A stretch of 64,000 bases of DNA. Origin: the human T2T-CHM13v2.0 reference genome, Homo sapiens. The notes under the pieces are model-generated. The model was not told the DNA's origin. It was given only the letters and a program-made list of their open reading frames with translations, and made no database searches. Numbering within the stretch: the stretch's first letter is position 1; each line of letters begins with the position of its first letter. Shown one piece after another: positions 1 through 16,629 of this stretch. Location: NCBI RefSeq assembly GCF_009914755.1, contig NC_060926.1, one strand, 5' to 3'. Both the position numbers and the translations under genes were made by a program.

Positions 1-376
1 TGGAAAGTAGGTGGGGGCACTCAAAGCTGGTGAAATTTGAAAAATCGGGGAATGGAGAAAAACTAACCAGAGTCAGGTAAGTAAGTTGTGATGTGATACA
101 GAAATGAGACTTGTTGAAATTGAAACTCTCATATTTTGGGGAGCAACAATTCCTCCTACTCCATTGATACTCCACAGCTGCTGCTATGAGTACATTAATG
201 CACAGGCTGACAAAATTTTAACAGTGTAATTTTTCAAGGGCAAATGAAAAAAGAAAATTACATTGTAATAAATACTTCAGAAAGTAACTACCAAGTGATA
301 GTAGAAGATAGCCAACTTAAAACAACAATTGGGACAAAGCATCTCATTGTTTTAATTATAAACAAAAAATAATGTG

Positions 377-696
<320 letters not shown>

Positions 697-1460
697 ATGT
701 GGAAAGTAGAGAATAATTTATTGAAATGGTTAATCTATTTTTAAAAACAGACAACTGAAGGCCTGCCCCAATGTAAAAACTTAGTATGCATAAAACAAAA
801 ACTAAAAACAAAAATTTCAAAACATCTGAATGTTGAAAGAAAAACCATTACAAACAAATTCAAAAGACAAAACTGGTAAGTTCACATTAAGTAGGATAAA
901 ACATTAAAAAATTTTAAGCTATAAAGAATTGTTCATACTCTAACAAAACCAGAAAAGAAAAAGAAAAAAATTTCCACTAAGAACCACAAAGATAAAAGGG
1001 CAAAGACAAGAAACAAATAATTCACAAGCAGAAAACCAAAGAGTTTGCTTGAGATCAAAATATGATATGTAAAAACAAAATCCATTTATTCCTAATCTAG
1101 TAAACTAATAAAACTGGCACAATCTTTCTGGAGGTCAATTTTGTAATGTTTCATAAGCCTTAAAAATATTTAGACTTAATAATTCATTTTATTTGACTTC
1201 ATTTTCAAGGAATTTTCCTTAAACAGAAGAAATTATAACAAAAATTTATATACAAAATTTTATACAATGTTACTTACAATAATAAAATAGTTGCAAAAAA
1301 CTTGAATATCCAACATTAAGAGAATGCTATCATCTTATTTTAAAAATGTGTAGGAAAAATACTAGAGAAAAGTATCTAATTGTGAGATTTAGACTTTTCT
1401 TAATTGCACAAGGGGTTTTCTCCAAAAAAGGAAATGATATAAATAAATATTGATATGTAC

Positions 1461-1647
1461 CTTTTCATTAAGGCAGTCAATTAAATTTTCCACATAAATT
1501 TTCATGCTTTTATAGAATTTACAATTTAGAGCTTGATTTGATGAACTCTCTAGGTTCTGGATGGTACTCTTTGAGCTTTTGACATCTTGTACGTATTTTT
1601 CATACTCCCTCAGGTGTGAGCGGTGAGTTTCCTGTAGTAATGTTAAT
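1461..1647 (-). CDS. GCFC2: GCFC2 coding exon 6 (187 nt, [19 protein letters not shown]...[12 protein letters not shown]); gene continues beyond position 1
   Basis: Acceptor TTTATTTAG|ATTA, donor AAG|GTACAT. Cumulative CDS is 1020 nt = 340 codons with no stop. Confidence 0.95.
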
Positions 1648-2361
1648 CTAAATAAATAAAATAAAAATTAGTTTATTTTTCATACTCTTTTAAAAGTAGC
1701 AATCTAATGTAAATATTTTCAAAGACCACCAAGGAAACTGACAATCATATAAATCTGGGTTTATAGACTAGATAAGCAAAGAACACCACAATAAAAGGAA
1801 ACCCTTTAGCACTTGCTTAGGCCAAATATTCTCTCTTCAAGTTTTCTTGCATTTGTCTTTCAGAATCTTTCTTTGCTTTATATAAAGGAGAGTGAGAATT
1901 AAGAAATTAATCAAGATAATAATGTATAGTAGGCATTATTAATAAAATGTTTTAGTTAAGTAGAATATTTTTGACTATAGCAGTGAACTTGTAAGTAAAT
2001 ATCATGTGGAAAAAACTAGGTACAGAGCAGGGTATATAATGTCCTTTTTTGTATAAAAACGGGAATATATAAGTATACATGTGCTTATAAAGATATACAT
2101 ATAGACCACTTCTGGAACAAAACATAAGAAACTGGTAGCAATGGGTTCCTCTAGGGAGGGTGGTAATTTACTTCGTTCTGTATATCCTTTCCACTGGTTA
2201 TTTTATTTTTTAACAATGAGAGTGTATGGTCTTTTTAAAATAAAAAACCTAGTTAATAAAAAATAAAATATAATAAAGTTATCCAGATAAAATAAAATGC
2301 TACGATAAATCAATGATCTGCTGCCTCTTTTTTATCCCTCATGCAAGGTTATCTTTGTATT

Positions 2362-2575
2362 CTAGGGGGCTGGCAAACTACCAGTCCATCCTTTGTTTTT
2401 ATAAATAAAGTTATATTGGAACACATACATGCTTATATGTTTACATATTGTCTATGGCTGTTTTCATGCTGTAACATAGAGTTGAGCAGTTACAACAGCA
2501 ATCATCTAGCCCTTAAAGCCTAAAATATTTACTATCCAGCCTTTTACACAAAAAGACGACTTGCTGACTCCTGTT
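2362..2575. mobile_element. MER58A-like hAT MITE
   Basis: GGGGGCTGGCAAACTA...AATAAAGTTATATTGGAACACA...CTAAAATATTTACTATC...TTGCTGACTCCTG. Confidence 0.7.
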
Positions 2576-2775
2576 CTAGATCAAAATGTCCAACAGAGAA
2601 GTATTTAATTATGATATAACAACTATATGGACAAACATGATAGTTTTTTTAAAAAAATTAAAGGCTTTTTGGTAATATAGAAAAATGCTTATAATCATAT
2701 TAAATAGAAAAGTAGAATTTTGTATTTACTGATTTTAACCACGTAAAATATGTTATAAAGACTAAAAAGACATAT

Positions 2776-3252
2776 CGTAGTCACCCCTTAATCATGGGGA
2801 TAGGTTCCAAGACCCCCAGTGAATGCAAATAATACCAAAGCCTATATATGCTGTTTTTTCCCTATACATAGGTAACTATGATAAAGTTTAATTTATATAT
2901 TACATACAGTACACCTGCACTGTGGGGCAATTATTAAGTAAAATAAGGGTTACCTGAACACAAGCACTGTGATACTGCAATAGTTGATCTGATAACTGAG
3001 ATGGTTACTATGTGACTAACAGGCTGCTGGCTTACAGAGCAAAGAGATGCTGGACAAAAGGATGATTCTCATCCTGGGCAGGATGAAGCAGGGCAGCTCA
3101 AGATGTCATCACACTACTTAGAACAGCATGCAATTTAAAACATATGAATTGTTTATTTCTGGAATTTTCCATTCAATATTTTTGGACCATGGTTTCACTA
3201 CCGATAACTGAAACCATAGAAGGCAAAAATGCAGATATGGGGGGGACTAGTG
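2776..3252. mobile_element. MER44-like Tigger-family DNA transposon
   Basis: Terminal inverted repeats GTAGTCACCCCTTA / ATGGGGGGGACTAGTG; internal GTTCCAAGACCCCCAGTG and GAATTGTTTATTTCTGGAATTTTCCATT. Confidence 0.7.
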
Positions 3253-3419
3253 TATACAAAAATGAAATAAATTGTGTTAGTATGATAACACAGGAGATCC
3301 TTTTTCCCCCCCATAAGTCTGTTTAATATCAGTACTTAATAATCTAAAAGAATATAGTGTTATATCTTTAGTATTAAATATCTAGGACAAATGTAAATTT
3401 CAAAATGAGTATTGCTCAC

Positions 3420-3535
3420 CTAGTATTTAATTGCTTCTTTATAATTTCTAAATTTACTGGCGGAAATGAAATGGAAGTATCAAATTTCTTCACTTTTGAA
3501 GATCCATTGCCACAGGAAAGATCTATGTCTCTTTC
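3420..3535 (-). CDS. GCFC2: GCFC2 coding exon 5 (116 nt, [39 protein letters not shown])
   Basis: Acceptor TTTTTAG|GAA, donor TAG|GTGAGC; phase 0-2. Confidence 0.95.
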
Positions 3536-3979
3536 CTAAAAAAGTAAAAATAGATTTTTACAAAACCATTTATTTCATTTACCTTTGAAACATTAATAGC
3601 ATGTAAAGGGACTGGATGATCCAAGGTCTCTTCAAGCTAAAAAATTCCATGTCTTTGTAATTTTTCATGGTCCCAATAAAATGTTTTTAAATTCAGTTTT
3701 AAAATTTAGAAGTTTAAATTCATATTTAAGAAGCAAATTCTAAAAATTACATTTTTAAAAAAGTTTAGTTTTGAAGCTAATTTTGGTTATGGTCTAATGT
3801 ACTCTCAGAAAGTCACCCAGTTTTTTAAGAAACAACAATCCTTCATGAATATTAATTTGTGGAGTAGACAGACCTGTCTGGCTGACCTAACACCTATTTC
3901 CATGATAGAAGTACCTATTTAACTGCAACTCCATTCTAGTCAATGAAAAGTAAATGGAAGTGTGCTGGAGGGTTTGTAG

Positions 3980-4353
<374 letters not shown>

Positions 4354-4842
4354 TAACATATATCTTATAACATGGTATGTTTCACATTAGTGTCCTCTGT
4401 CTAATCACAGCTCCTCCATGCTTGGAATGTTCAAAAGATCCTGAAGAACCTCTATTTTACACAAAGACACATGAAGAAAACTGACCAGATATTTAGCCAA
4501 TTTCACTGGCTTAGCTATTCTTTTTATATTTTCCATGAAGCATCATCTTTTGTCATTTCAGTTCTCACCAAGCCTCCCATCCAGCTCTACGCATATCTAC
4601 AAAATCTCCAAACACTCTTGATATTTTGCAGTCAATAACCCATTCAAATATCACCACTTCCATAAATGCTTTCTCAGACTTCCTCACTTACCTTCCCTCC
4701 TATAAAACTGATCACCCACTTGCTCCTTTGTGCCACCTCAGGACCCTGCACAGAGTTCTGTCACAGCACCTGTAGGATTTCACTATAATTGTTTTGTTTA
4801 GTTGTCTCCCTTCCTGCAGAGGTTGTACATCATTGTAACTGG

Positions 4843-5266
4843 CCGTAGCAGGCTAATGGTGACCCCATGAAAACATGTTCACATTCATGTTCATGTTCAT
4901 TATATGGCAAAAGATGTAATTAAGACTTTGAGATGTGGTGTATATCCTGGATTATCCCGATGGGGTCTGAATACAATTACATGTACCATCCTAAGAGATA
5001 GGGAATTTTGGGACACAAGAGAAGAAGCAGATGTGAAGATGCAACAAAGAGAGATGTGGCCACAAGCCAAGGCATGCCAACAGCCACCAGAAACTAGAAG
5101 AGTCAAGGAATGGATTCTCCTACAGAGTTTCTGGAAAGGGGGGTTGCTCTACTGACATTATGATTTTGGACTTCTGGCCTCCAGACCTCAGAGCGAATAA
5201 ACTTCTATTGTTTTAAGCCACCAAGTCTGCAGTAATTTGTTACAGGAGCCACAGGAAAGTAACACA
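4843..5266 (+). mobile_element. MLT1 (MaLR) solo LTR, MLT1C/D-like
   Basis: GGCCACAAGCCAAGG...CAGCCACCAGAAACTAGAAG...TTTTAAGCCACCAAGT...GGAAAGTAACACA. Confidence 0.75.
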
Positions 5267-5797
5267 GTGGCAAATGGTAGATTTTCAATAAAGGAATCAG
5301 TAAATGTACTCACATTAGCAATAAAAATGAAAATCAAATAAGTGTGAGATTCCATTTTCACCAACTATACTTGGACCTGAAGAGGGCAAGATTATGGTAA
5401 AATATTCCCATGATATTGGCGACATTACAGATTGAGCTAAGTTTTCTTTAAATGGCAATAGAGAAAAATATACTAAGTGCCATAAAAATGTTCATCTCGA
5501 TTAGTAATACAACTCTTGGCAATTATTACAAAGGAATAGTTCAAAAACACACATCTGAACAAAAGAAAGGAGAGGAGGAAAATAATTAAATATTCACTGA
5601 TTCTTATTTGTTAATTAAAAAAATCAGATTGCAAATAACCTAAAATGTCCAAAATGAAGAATGGTTAAGATTATGATTCAGTGACTCCAGTGAATATTAT
5701 ATAGCTATTAAAATCAGTTGTTATAACGATATAAAAACAAGAGAAGATAATTTATAATATGTCAAGCAAGGAAATCAGAATTCAAAATTGCATGCAT

Positions 5798-6645
<848 letters not shown>

Positions 6646-6784
6646 ATGTACACTATGACTGCAATTCTTGACCTCACAGAACTTATATTCTAGCAGCAGA
6701 CCCACAGCCCAAATCTAGGACTTTTAACCCCAAGTACAGTACATTTGTTATGTTTCAAAGCTCACTACTTGTTTAAACTTTACA

Positions 6785-7096
6785 TTCATTCATTCATTCA
6801 TTTATTTATTTTTAGTGACAGGGTCTCACTCTGTTGCCCAGACTGGAGTGCAGTGGTGTGATCATAGCTCACTGCACCCAGAACTCCTGGGCTCAAGTGA
6901 TCCTCCCAGCTCAGCCCCGCAAGTGGCTGGGACTATAGGCATGCGCCACCATGCCTGGCTAGTTTTATTTGTTTTTAGTAGAGTTCAGGTCTCACTGTGT
7001 TGTTCAGGCTGGTCTCAAACTACTGGGCTGAAGTGATCCTTCCACCTTGGCCTTCCGAAGTGCTGGAGTAACAGGTGTGAGCCACTATGCCTGGCC
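6785..7096 (-). mobile_element. Alu (AluJ-like)
   Basis: ATCATAGCTCACTGCA, CTCCTGGGCTCAAG diagnostic stretches; (TTCA)n tail. Confidence 0.85.
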
Positions 7097-7112
7097 AAAT
7101 CTGGGCTTTAAC

Positions 7113-7380
7113 GTTGTTTTTTTTTTTTTTTCTTAAATGAGACAGGGTCTCACTCTGTCACCCACGCTGAAGCGCAGTGGCGTGATCTTGGCTCACTGCA
7201 GCCTTGACCTCCTGGGCTCAAGCAATCCTCCCACTTCAGCCCCCCAAGCAGCTAGGACTACAGGTGTGTGCCACCATGACTGGCTAATTTTTGTATTTTT
7301 TGTAGCGGCAGGGTTTGGCTATGTTGCCCAGGCTAGTCTTCTTTGTACTCAAGTGATCCACCTGACTCAGCCTCCCGAGC
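7113..7380 (-). mobile_element. Alu (AluJ-like, truncated)
   Basis: Poly-T followed by GAGACAGGGTCTCACTCTGTCACCC... Confidence 0.85.
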
Positions 7381-7940
7381 TTTGGTTTCTGATACCATTT
7401 TTAGCACTTCATCCCACCTTACTGTATTGTACCAAGACCCCTATTGTTGGATATTTACTTTGTTTACATCTTTTAAAAAATTAAATAAAACACAAAACTA
7501 TTATTTGTGTATGCAGAAATGTAACAGTTACATATCATAATATAGGTATAACATATTTGTGTATAATATTTACCATAGGGTTCACTACAATAAAAAATTA
7601 TATGAGAAATCACATAATGAGATTTAATATATAAATGATATATATTATCTATTCACTAGATTGCTATGAAATCATTAAGGTGTAGTCGAAGTAGATATAC
7701 CATTGCGGTGAGATGTCTCTGTTGTATTGTGAAGTGAAAAAAACAGTCTCCAAAGAGAAAATTGGATATATTTGTATTATACAGAACAGGCGTTTAAAAG
7801 TAAAGCTTGAGGGCTAAACTTTACTTTTAAGCACCTGTACAATATAAACTGTCAATTACTATAAAATTAAAGATTAAAAAAATAGTACCCTCAAGTGGAA
7901 GGTATTTATAATCTAGTGGAAAATAAGATAATATGCACAG

Positions 7941-8388
7941 TGTAGTGGGTTGAATGGAGGCCTCCCAAAAGATACATCCATGACATAATCCCTGGAAAGT
8001 GCAAACATGACCTTATTTGGAAAAAGAGTCTTTGTGGTTGTAATTAAGTGAAGGATCTTGGATTATCTGAGTAGGCCCTAAACCCAATGACAAGTATCCT
8101 TACGAGAAAAACACACAGTAGAGACATGGAAAAAGCCACGTGAAGACAGAGGCAGAGAGAGGAGTTATGTAGTCACAAGCCAAGAAACACCTGGAATGAC
8201 CAGAAGTTGCAAAAGGCAAGGAAGAATTACCGCTCCCCACAACCCCCCAGGGCCTTTGGAAGAAGCAAGGTGCTGCCAATACCTTGACTTCAGATTTTGG
8301 CCTCCACGCTGTGAGAGAATAAATGTGTGTTCTTTTGAGTCACCAAGTTTGTGGTAATTTGTTATAGCAGCCACAGGAATCTAATACA
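7941..8388 (+). mobile_element. MLT1B/C solo LTR
   Basis: TGTAGTGGGTTGAATGG...GACCTTATTTGGAAAAAG...GTTATAGCAGCCACAGGAATCTAATACA. Confidence 0.8.
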
Positions 8389-8409
8389 CATGGGATAAAA
8401 AATGATTAC

Positions 8410-8507
8410 CTCTATGATTTTAACTGCTTTCCTCATTTGCTGTTGTTCCCAAGTATCTTGCTTTTCATCTTCCTGACTTTCTTCACTTGTTTCTTCATTT
8501 CTGCTTA
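8410..8507 (-). CDS. GCFC2: GCFC2 coding exon 4 (98 nt, [33 protein letters not shown])
   Basis: Acceptor TTTTTTCCGCTAG|TA, donor GAG|GTAATC. Contains the WEQQQMRK motif; phase 1-0. Confidence 0.95.
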
Positions 8508-8589
8508 CTAGCGGAAAAAAAGCTCACATGTAAACGTTTAGTATTTTTCCATTTTAATTGCAGCAAGCCAACATTTTTTGAGATTATAC

Positions 8590-8790
8590 AAAGGCTTAGC
8601 ACCACTTGACGTGTTATTTATTCTTCATAATAATTCTGGGAAGAAGGCACTATTACTGCCCTCATTTCACAAATGAGGAAATGCAAATATTGGGAGGTTA
8701 AGTAACTGTCTTAGGACTATGTTGAAGCTGGAAGCTGGATCCTGGGATCTGACTCCATAACCTGCACTCCTATCACTAAACTGTCCCACT
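8590..8790 (-). mobile_element. MIR
   Basis: Core CTCATTTCACAAATGAGGAAA...GAGGTTAAGTAACTG. Confidence 0.6.
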
Positions 8791-9418
8791 CAAAACACTA
8801 TAGCCCTATATTGTAAAAAACTGAGAAAGAATGAAATGTTTGGTTTTTCTTATCAAAGATCTCTCAATTACTACCTGAGAATCCAAACACTTAAAAATAA
8901 ATTGTAAGGAACTAAGTCCTTTTCTGAAAAAAATATTATTTAAAGTTACCAAAACCTTGGTCAAATGCATATATCATAAATGAGAAATATGAAAACAGTC
9001 CTTTAAGGCTTAGTATTATTGGTAGAGGAAATTTTTTATTACAGCAGGGAAGATTTTAATACATGACATCTAAAATCTCTATAGATGCTTCCATGTTAAA
9101 AAAAATATATTTATACAGGTAAAAACGATCGTTTTCAATGCTTTGAAAGTAAGATACTGCACATTTTTTTTAACCTGTCCAAAAACATCAAGGTGGGAGG
9201 TCAGGCATTAATAAACATTATTACACATACTCCTTGATAATAACATTTTGATACAGATACATCTTTTAGAGGTCACAATATCATGGACCAAATCGATGTT
9301 AAAAACCATTATCAACACTATAAAATGTGAGCCAGCATATTACATTTTTTATGGAGATTCTCTCATATTATATTCTAATAAAAAATATCCTAATCTTCAT
9401 ATATTGGTAAATCCATAC

Positions 9419-9643
9419 TTGATTCCTCAGCCATCCTTTGTCTAAGTGTTTGAGGTCTTAGAGTAAATGGTATTCTCTTTTCATGGTCATCAGGCTCACT
9501 CTCAGGGTCATCTTCGCTCTCTCTCTTCATACCAGAGATGGAGGAGGTATGTTGTACATCCAAAGAAATATAGTCATCTTGGGCCCTGGCCAATTCACGT
9601 TTTCTGCGGGCTGCCTGAATAAAAGCTGCATCTGGGATCTTAA
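9419..9643 (-). CDS. GCFC2: GCFC2 coding exon 3 (225 nt, [29 protein letters not shown]...RQRMAEES)
   Basis: Overlaps ORF 9390..9668. Contains the [14 protein letters not shown] motif shared with PAXBP1/GCFC1. Acceptor CCTTCAG|TT, donor CAA|GTATGG. Confidence 0.95.
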
Positions 9644-11902
9644 CTGAAGGAAACAAAGACGAGGACACTAAAAACCAAAGACCAATGTAAGTAAATATTC
9701 CTCACATTTAAGAAAAAGAAAAAAGCACCATTTTCCTAAATTATTTGCTATTTTGATATATGAATGTGACTTTAATAAATGGCTCAAAATCTGTATCAGC
9801 AAAGGAAGAAAACTTAATAGAGATTAAATACAACTTAGAAAAATCAAACAAATCTAGAAGTATCAGAAAATATACTGAAACTGCTTCATTTTATCTTTTA
9901 ACTCTCTTACTCATCAGGTACTGCTCACTTTGTTGAGGGGTCGCTATTTCTCATTTCTGGAAGCTCTGAGATTGTCAGCGCAGGGATGTGGAGAGGGCTG
10001 AGTGTGGTGTTCCCCAATCAGTGAGAGCTACAGAAGTTAGAAGGATCAATGACAGACCAGCCTGACTTACCAAGTAAGAGAGATACTACACTATGATGTC
10101 CTCCTTCCTCCTTCCCTCCTACCCACACTTACAAGAAATCACAAACATACTACAAACAGTAACAGAGCAAAGCCAAATTAGCCTCTGCGGTTCTGTAGTG
10201 AGCCCCACGTGAATAAACATGAGACATTAAGAAGTGTAAAGAAAATAATCAGGCTCATTTACCAGGTGAAAAATTTTAAATGACAACAACTCTTAAGAGA
10301 GTCTTATTTTTTTTCTTTATTTTGTACAGCATAAATATCATTAGCATAAACTCTTCCAATTTAAAACGAGTTTCTTCATGCATGATCTAAGCTGAAATTT
10401 ATCTTCATTCTGGAAAAAACGGTTTCTTAAGAAAAATACTACATTAAAGAAACAGCGAGAGAAATTTTCACCATTTTAAGCACTTCAAACTACTAAAAAG
10501 ATGTCAAGCTACTGAGGCTGAAGTGAAATTTTCTAAACTTTCCCACAAGTTGACCCAAATTCTTTGAGAAATAAACAGAAAAATGCCATGTACTTGGAGA
10601 TGCACAAAAGCTCCCATGTTTGAAACAAACAAAAAAAGAGAAAGATTTTAGAAATCACAGACCAATATGCTTGACATCAGCCCTAGGGAAAATTAAAAGT
10701 CCTTGAGTGAATCATGAAGCAATAAAGAAATCACTAGAAGTCAATAAATATTCATCAAGAACAAGTAATAGAAAATGAAGTGATTTGCTTTTTTATAGAT
10801 TAGTAATTATTTATAGACTACTGTCAGGGACATGATGAAGGTCAGGTGTCTCTTCCTCCTCCCAAAGCATTTAAGATTCAAAACCATCACAGCAGGTTAT
10901 AGTAGCAATTCTCGACCCTGGCTACACATCAGAGTCACCTGAGAAGCTTGACATACCCAGGCCTCTATACCAGTGATTCAGATGTTGATCTGAGGCAGAG
11001 CTGAGCAGAAGTATGTTTTTATAGCTCCCTAGAGGATTTTAATGTGCAGGCAGGATTAAGATAAGACATTTAGGTTCAAATACTCAAGTGTATGAATGTG
11101 GACACAGAAATACTTATTTTGGAAGTGATTTTCTTGCAGGTGACTCGGTAGGGTTTAATTAGTAAGTCACAAGCAATGGGACACACTAGTAAGATATTAG
11201 TGCTACATAAAGGTAACTGCTCAAGTAAAAATAAAGAAGTAAAAAACCAAGGAAGAGAAGAGTATTGCGTTTGTCCTGTTTCTGCATATTCAATACCTCG
11301 TTCAAGGGTTCTCACACAGCAGATGCTGGGCAGACATAGGAGGAATCAATAATGTCAGCATATTGTTCAATAATAAATACATCATGTTTTTACAAATTTA
11401 TAACTTATGAATAATTCTTCACATATATCATCCTATCTGATATGCAATCATCTAGGGCTGAGAGGTAAATTATCATCTTCTATTAGTAACAAGTAATCTC
11501 TGCTAGAGGGACTATTTTGAGGCAGTTATTCATCGGAACACAAATAAATGCTCTTCTTCCACATGCCAGCCCTTAAAATTAACACATTCCTCCATCTTTT
11601 CTTCGCCAGCCAATAAGTCCTTCGAACTTTCAGGTGTTCCTCACAGGACAAGTTTTCAATTTTTAATCAGCGTTTCTCAATGTGCATAGGGGATGGGCAA
11701 TTCACTGCGCTGAACTGTTCTGCACTCCTGTTAAGACATTTATCATCCCTTGCCTCTAGGGCACTATGTGCCAGCAACAACTCAACTACTATAATCATTT
11801 AAATAATCCCACACATTTTCAAACGCTGCCCTCTCTCCTAAGGTGGGGGCAGTGCTGCCAACACTTTACAACCACTGCCTTATCCTGTTTAATCCACCAT
11901 CT

Positions 11903-12187
11903 TTTTTTGTTTGTTTGGTTTTGAGATGGAGTCTTGCTCTGTTGCCCAGGCTGGAGTGCACTGGCATGATCTCTGCTCACTGCAACCTCTGCCTCCCAGG
12001 TTCAAGCAATTCTTTTGCCTCAGTCCCCTGAATTACAGGTGCATGCCACCATGCCTGGCTAATTTTTACATTTTTAGTAAAGCCAGGGTTTCACCATTTT
12101 GGCCAGGTTGGTCTCAAACTCCTGACCTCAGGTGATCCATCCACCTAGGCCTCCCAAACTGCAGACATGAGCCATGGCACCTAGTCT
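11903..12187 (-). mobile_element. Alu (AluS-type, small internal deletions)
   Basis: Alu arms; TSD AATCC(A/G)CCATCTTTTT. Confidence 0.88.
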
Positions 12188-12204
12188 AATCCGCCATCTT
12201 TTAT

Positions 12205-12395
12205 AGTAGCATTGTTTGGTACAGTAGCCACTAGCCCTATGTGAGTATTCAAATATAACTAAAAATTCAATTTCTCAGTCTCGCTATAGCCACATTTCAA
12301 GAGCTCAACAGCCACTTGTGACTAGTGGCTACCATATGGACAGTGAAGATAGAAAATTTTTCCAAACCACAGAAAATTTTACTGAATAGCACTGT
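12205..12395. mobile_element. MER3-like hAT MITE
   Basis: GTAGCCACTAGCC...TAGCCACATTTCAAG...CTAGTGGCTACCATATGGACAG. Confidence 0.7.
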
Positions 12396-12561
12396 ATCTA
12401 GAATCCAGACAAGGCTTCAACTGTTTACTAGATTTCAGTTCTTAATATTGGCTTAATCGCTTAGTATTTCTGTACCTTGTGGACATGGAGAAGAAACAAA
12501 ATTACAAGGTTACAGAGCTACTGGTTGTTGTTATTTAATAGGCTAATAAAGAAGCACTTAT

Positions 12562-12858
12562 GGCCGGGCGTGGTGGCTCATGTCTGTAATCCCAGCACTT
12601 TGAGAGTCCGAGGTGGGCAGATCAAGAGGTCAGGAGATCGAGACCATCTTGGCTAACACGGTGAAACCCCATCTCTACTAAAAATACAAAAAATTAGCCA
12701 GGCGTGGTGGCCTATAGTCCTAGCTACTCAAGAGGCTAAGGCAGGAGAATGACGTGAACCTGGGAGGCGGAGCTTGCAGTGAACCCAGATTGCGCCACTG
12801 CACTCCAGCCTGGGCGACAGAGTGAGACTCCATCTCAAAAAAAAAAAAAAAAAAAAAA
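12562..12858 (+). mobile_element. Alu (AluY/Sc-like)
   Basis: GAGATCGAGACCATC, GGCTAACACGGTG, GAGCTTGCAG; TSD AGAAGCACTTAT. Confidence 0.92.
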
Positions 12859-13029
12859 GAAGCACAGAAGCACTTATTACTATATTACAAGCGTCATAAA
12901 ATATATTTTAATAATTTTATTTCAATATAATTTGTTTCCTCTACAAAGCTATGTATTTTACTTTATTTTCTCAGAAGGGATCTTAGGCTTCACTAGACTG
13001 AAAAAGGAGTCCACGGCACAAAACAAGTT

Positions 13030-13220
13030 ATAAACCTCTGTAAGACGCCAGATAAATATTTTTCACTTTGCGGGCCATAGGGTCTTTGTGGCAACTTCTC
13101 AACTCTGCTGCTGCAGTGCAAAAGCACCCACAAATATTAAGTAACTGAAAGACTGTGATTGTGTTTTAATAAAACTTTGTTTACAAAAACAGGTGGTGGG
13201 CCAGATTTGCCAACCCCTGA
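13030..13220. mobile_element. MER58A-like hAT MITE
   Basis: CTTTGCGGGCCATAGGGTCT...AATAAAACTTTGTTTACAAAAACAGG...TTTGCCAACCCCTG. Confidence 0.7.
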
Positions 13221-13743
13221 ACTAGACTGATCTTTCTAAGACACAAAAACATTCATGTCATCTGTATAAAATTTTCAGTGGTTCCCTAAGCCCTGTATAA
13301 TCTGACTCCAACTTGTCCTTCCTGTTTTCTTTTCCTTAAACTCGCAACCAAATACTTTCAGCCAGAGCTATTTTTAGCTTCCTGCACATATTACATACCT
13401 TCCCTAGAGTTTCAGATATGCTACATCCTATACCTGAAACATCCTCCCTGACAAATTCTTACCATCCTTCAAGTATCAATGTCAATCACCCAGTATAGCA
13501 CAGTGATTAAGAAGAATACAGGCTCCAGAACAAACTGGGTTTGAATCCTAGCCCTGCTACTTATAAGCTGTCTGACCTGTGCATGTTAAAATGTAATAAA
13601 AATGAGCAATTTTGGCACTCTGACAATCATCATTAATGACCTACTTGCCCCATGTCACTAGAGTTTGTTATGTCATTAATAACTATATCAAAAACACTAT
13701 ATTAAAAATAAAATTCTTAACCAAAATCATACAAATTACTAAC

Positions 13744-13872
13744 CTGTTGATGAAAGTTCTTTTTCTCCAAGAGAGCTAGAACTGTCAGAAGACAAACCCT
13801 GATCATCCTTACTTTCTGAGGAGTGATGTATTTTATCCTCTTCATCTGTGGACACATCAAGGGTTCTGGATT
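13744..13872 (-). CDS. GCFC2: GCFC2 coding exon 2 (129 nt, [14 protein letters not shown]...EKELSST)
   Basis: Acceptor CCTGTTAG|AATCC and donor ACAG|GTTAGT. Open frame, phase 1-1. Confidence 0.95.
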
Positions 13873-14871
13873 CTAACAGGACATTTTAAAAATACAACAA
13901 AAAAGAGTCAAAATAATGGAATTATTAATTGAAATTCTGAACAACACATGGCATATGTATAATACGGTGTTTTAATCCTAGTCCATATATTAAAGTAGAC
14001 ATATTGATCTTCCTCCAACTTTCTTTCTTAAGCAACTGAATGATCTACTAAGTGTACAAAGACCCTATTTGTATTATCTAGGCATCTAATAATATATTTC
14101 CAAAAGTATGCAATGAGAAAAGGGAAGGAGGCATTAGAGAAAAAAAAAGCGACAAAAAATGAAGTAATATTTAGAATAGTAATGATTGTGAATAAGTAGA
14201 AAAGAAAAATATTTAATGTATACTATGTACTAGGCACACTGAAACCTGTTTTACATGACTTATTTAATACCTGTAATTCTATAAAGTAAATGCAATTTCT
14301 GATGAGTTCACTAAGGATTGAGAGGATAAAGAACACCAACTCGGGCAGTGGAGAAGCAGGGCTGTCAACCTAATCCCAGGCAACTTCAGAACTTAGGCTC
14401 TCTTTATAGTATGCCATATTTCAACGGCTGGTGGCGAGAAATATTGTAACGAGCACTTTGGTCAATATTAAACCATGGGTCCATCTTTTCAATGCATGAT
14501 TTGGGAAGGTAAATAGTCTGTTAAATTCAATTAATCTGTTAAACAAAGATAACACCAAGATAAAACCCACAGGGGTGTTGTGAAAATTGAATGAACAAAA
14601 TAAAGGAATTCTTGACATTATTGACAAGAAAGGATTTCTTAATCCACAATAAATTTGCAATCTTTATGAGTAACCTTAAAACATAAGATTACATACTACT
14701 CATTAATTTTAATTTTCTACCTTAGTTAGAAGACCTACATACAGTTCAAAAAAGGCTGGAGTAAAATCAAAATTTAAAACACTAAAAAAAATATAGCTGC
14801 AGCTCACATCTTTCTTAGATATTGTCATTTATGACAACCCATACCTGTTTCCAAAGTGGATTAACACCAAA

Positions 14872-16497
<1,626 letters not shown>

Positions 16498-16629
16498 CTA
16501 GAAGGCAAGAGAAAAGGAACTCCTGACTTCAACTTTCATCTACAAAGTTTAACCAGAAAACAAATATAAAAGGTCATGAAAACTTTAGACAAATAGAAGG
16601 TCACAAGAAAGACCAAGAAATCACGAAGA

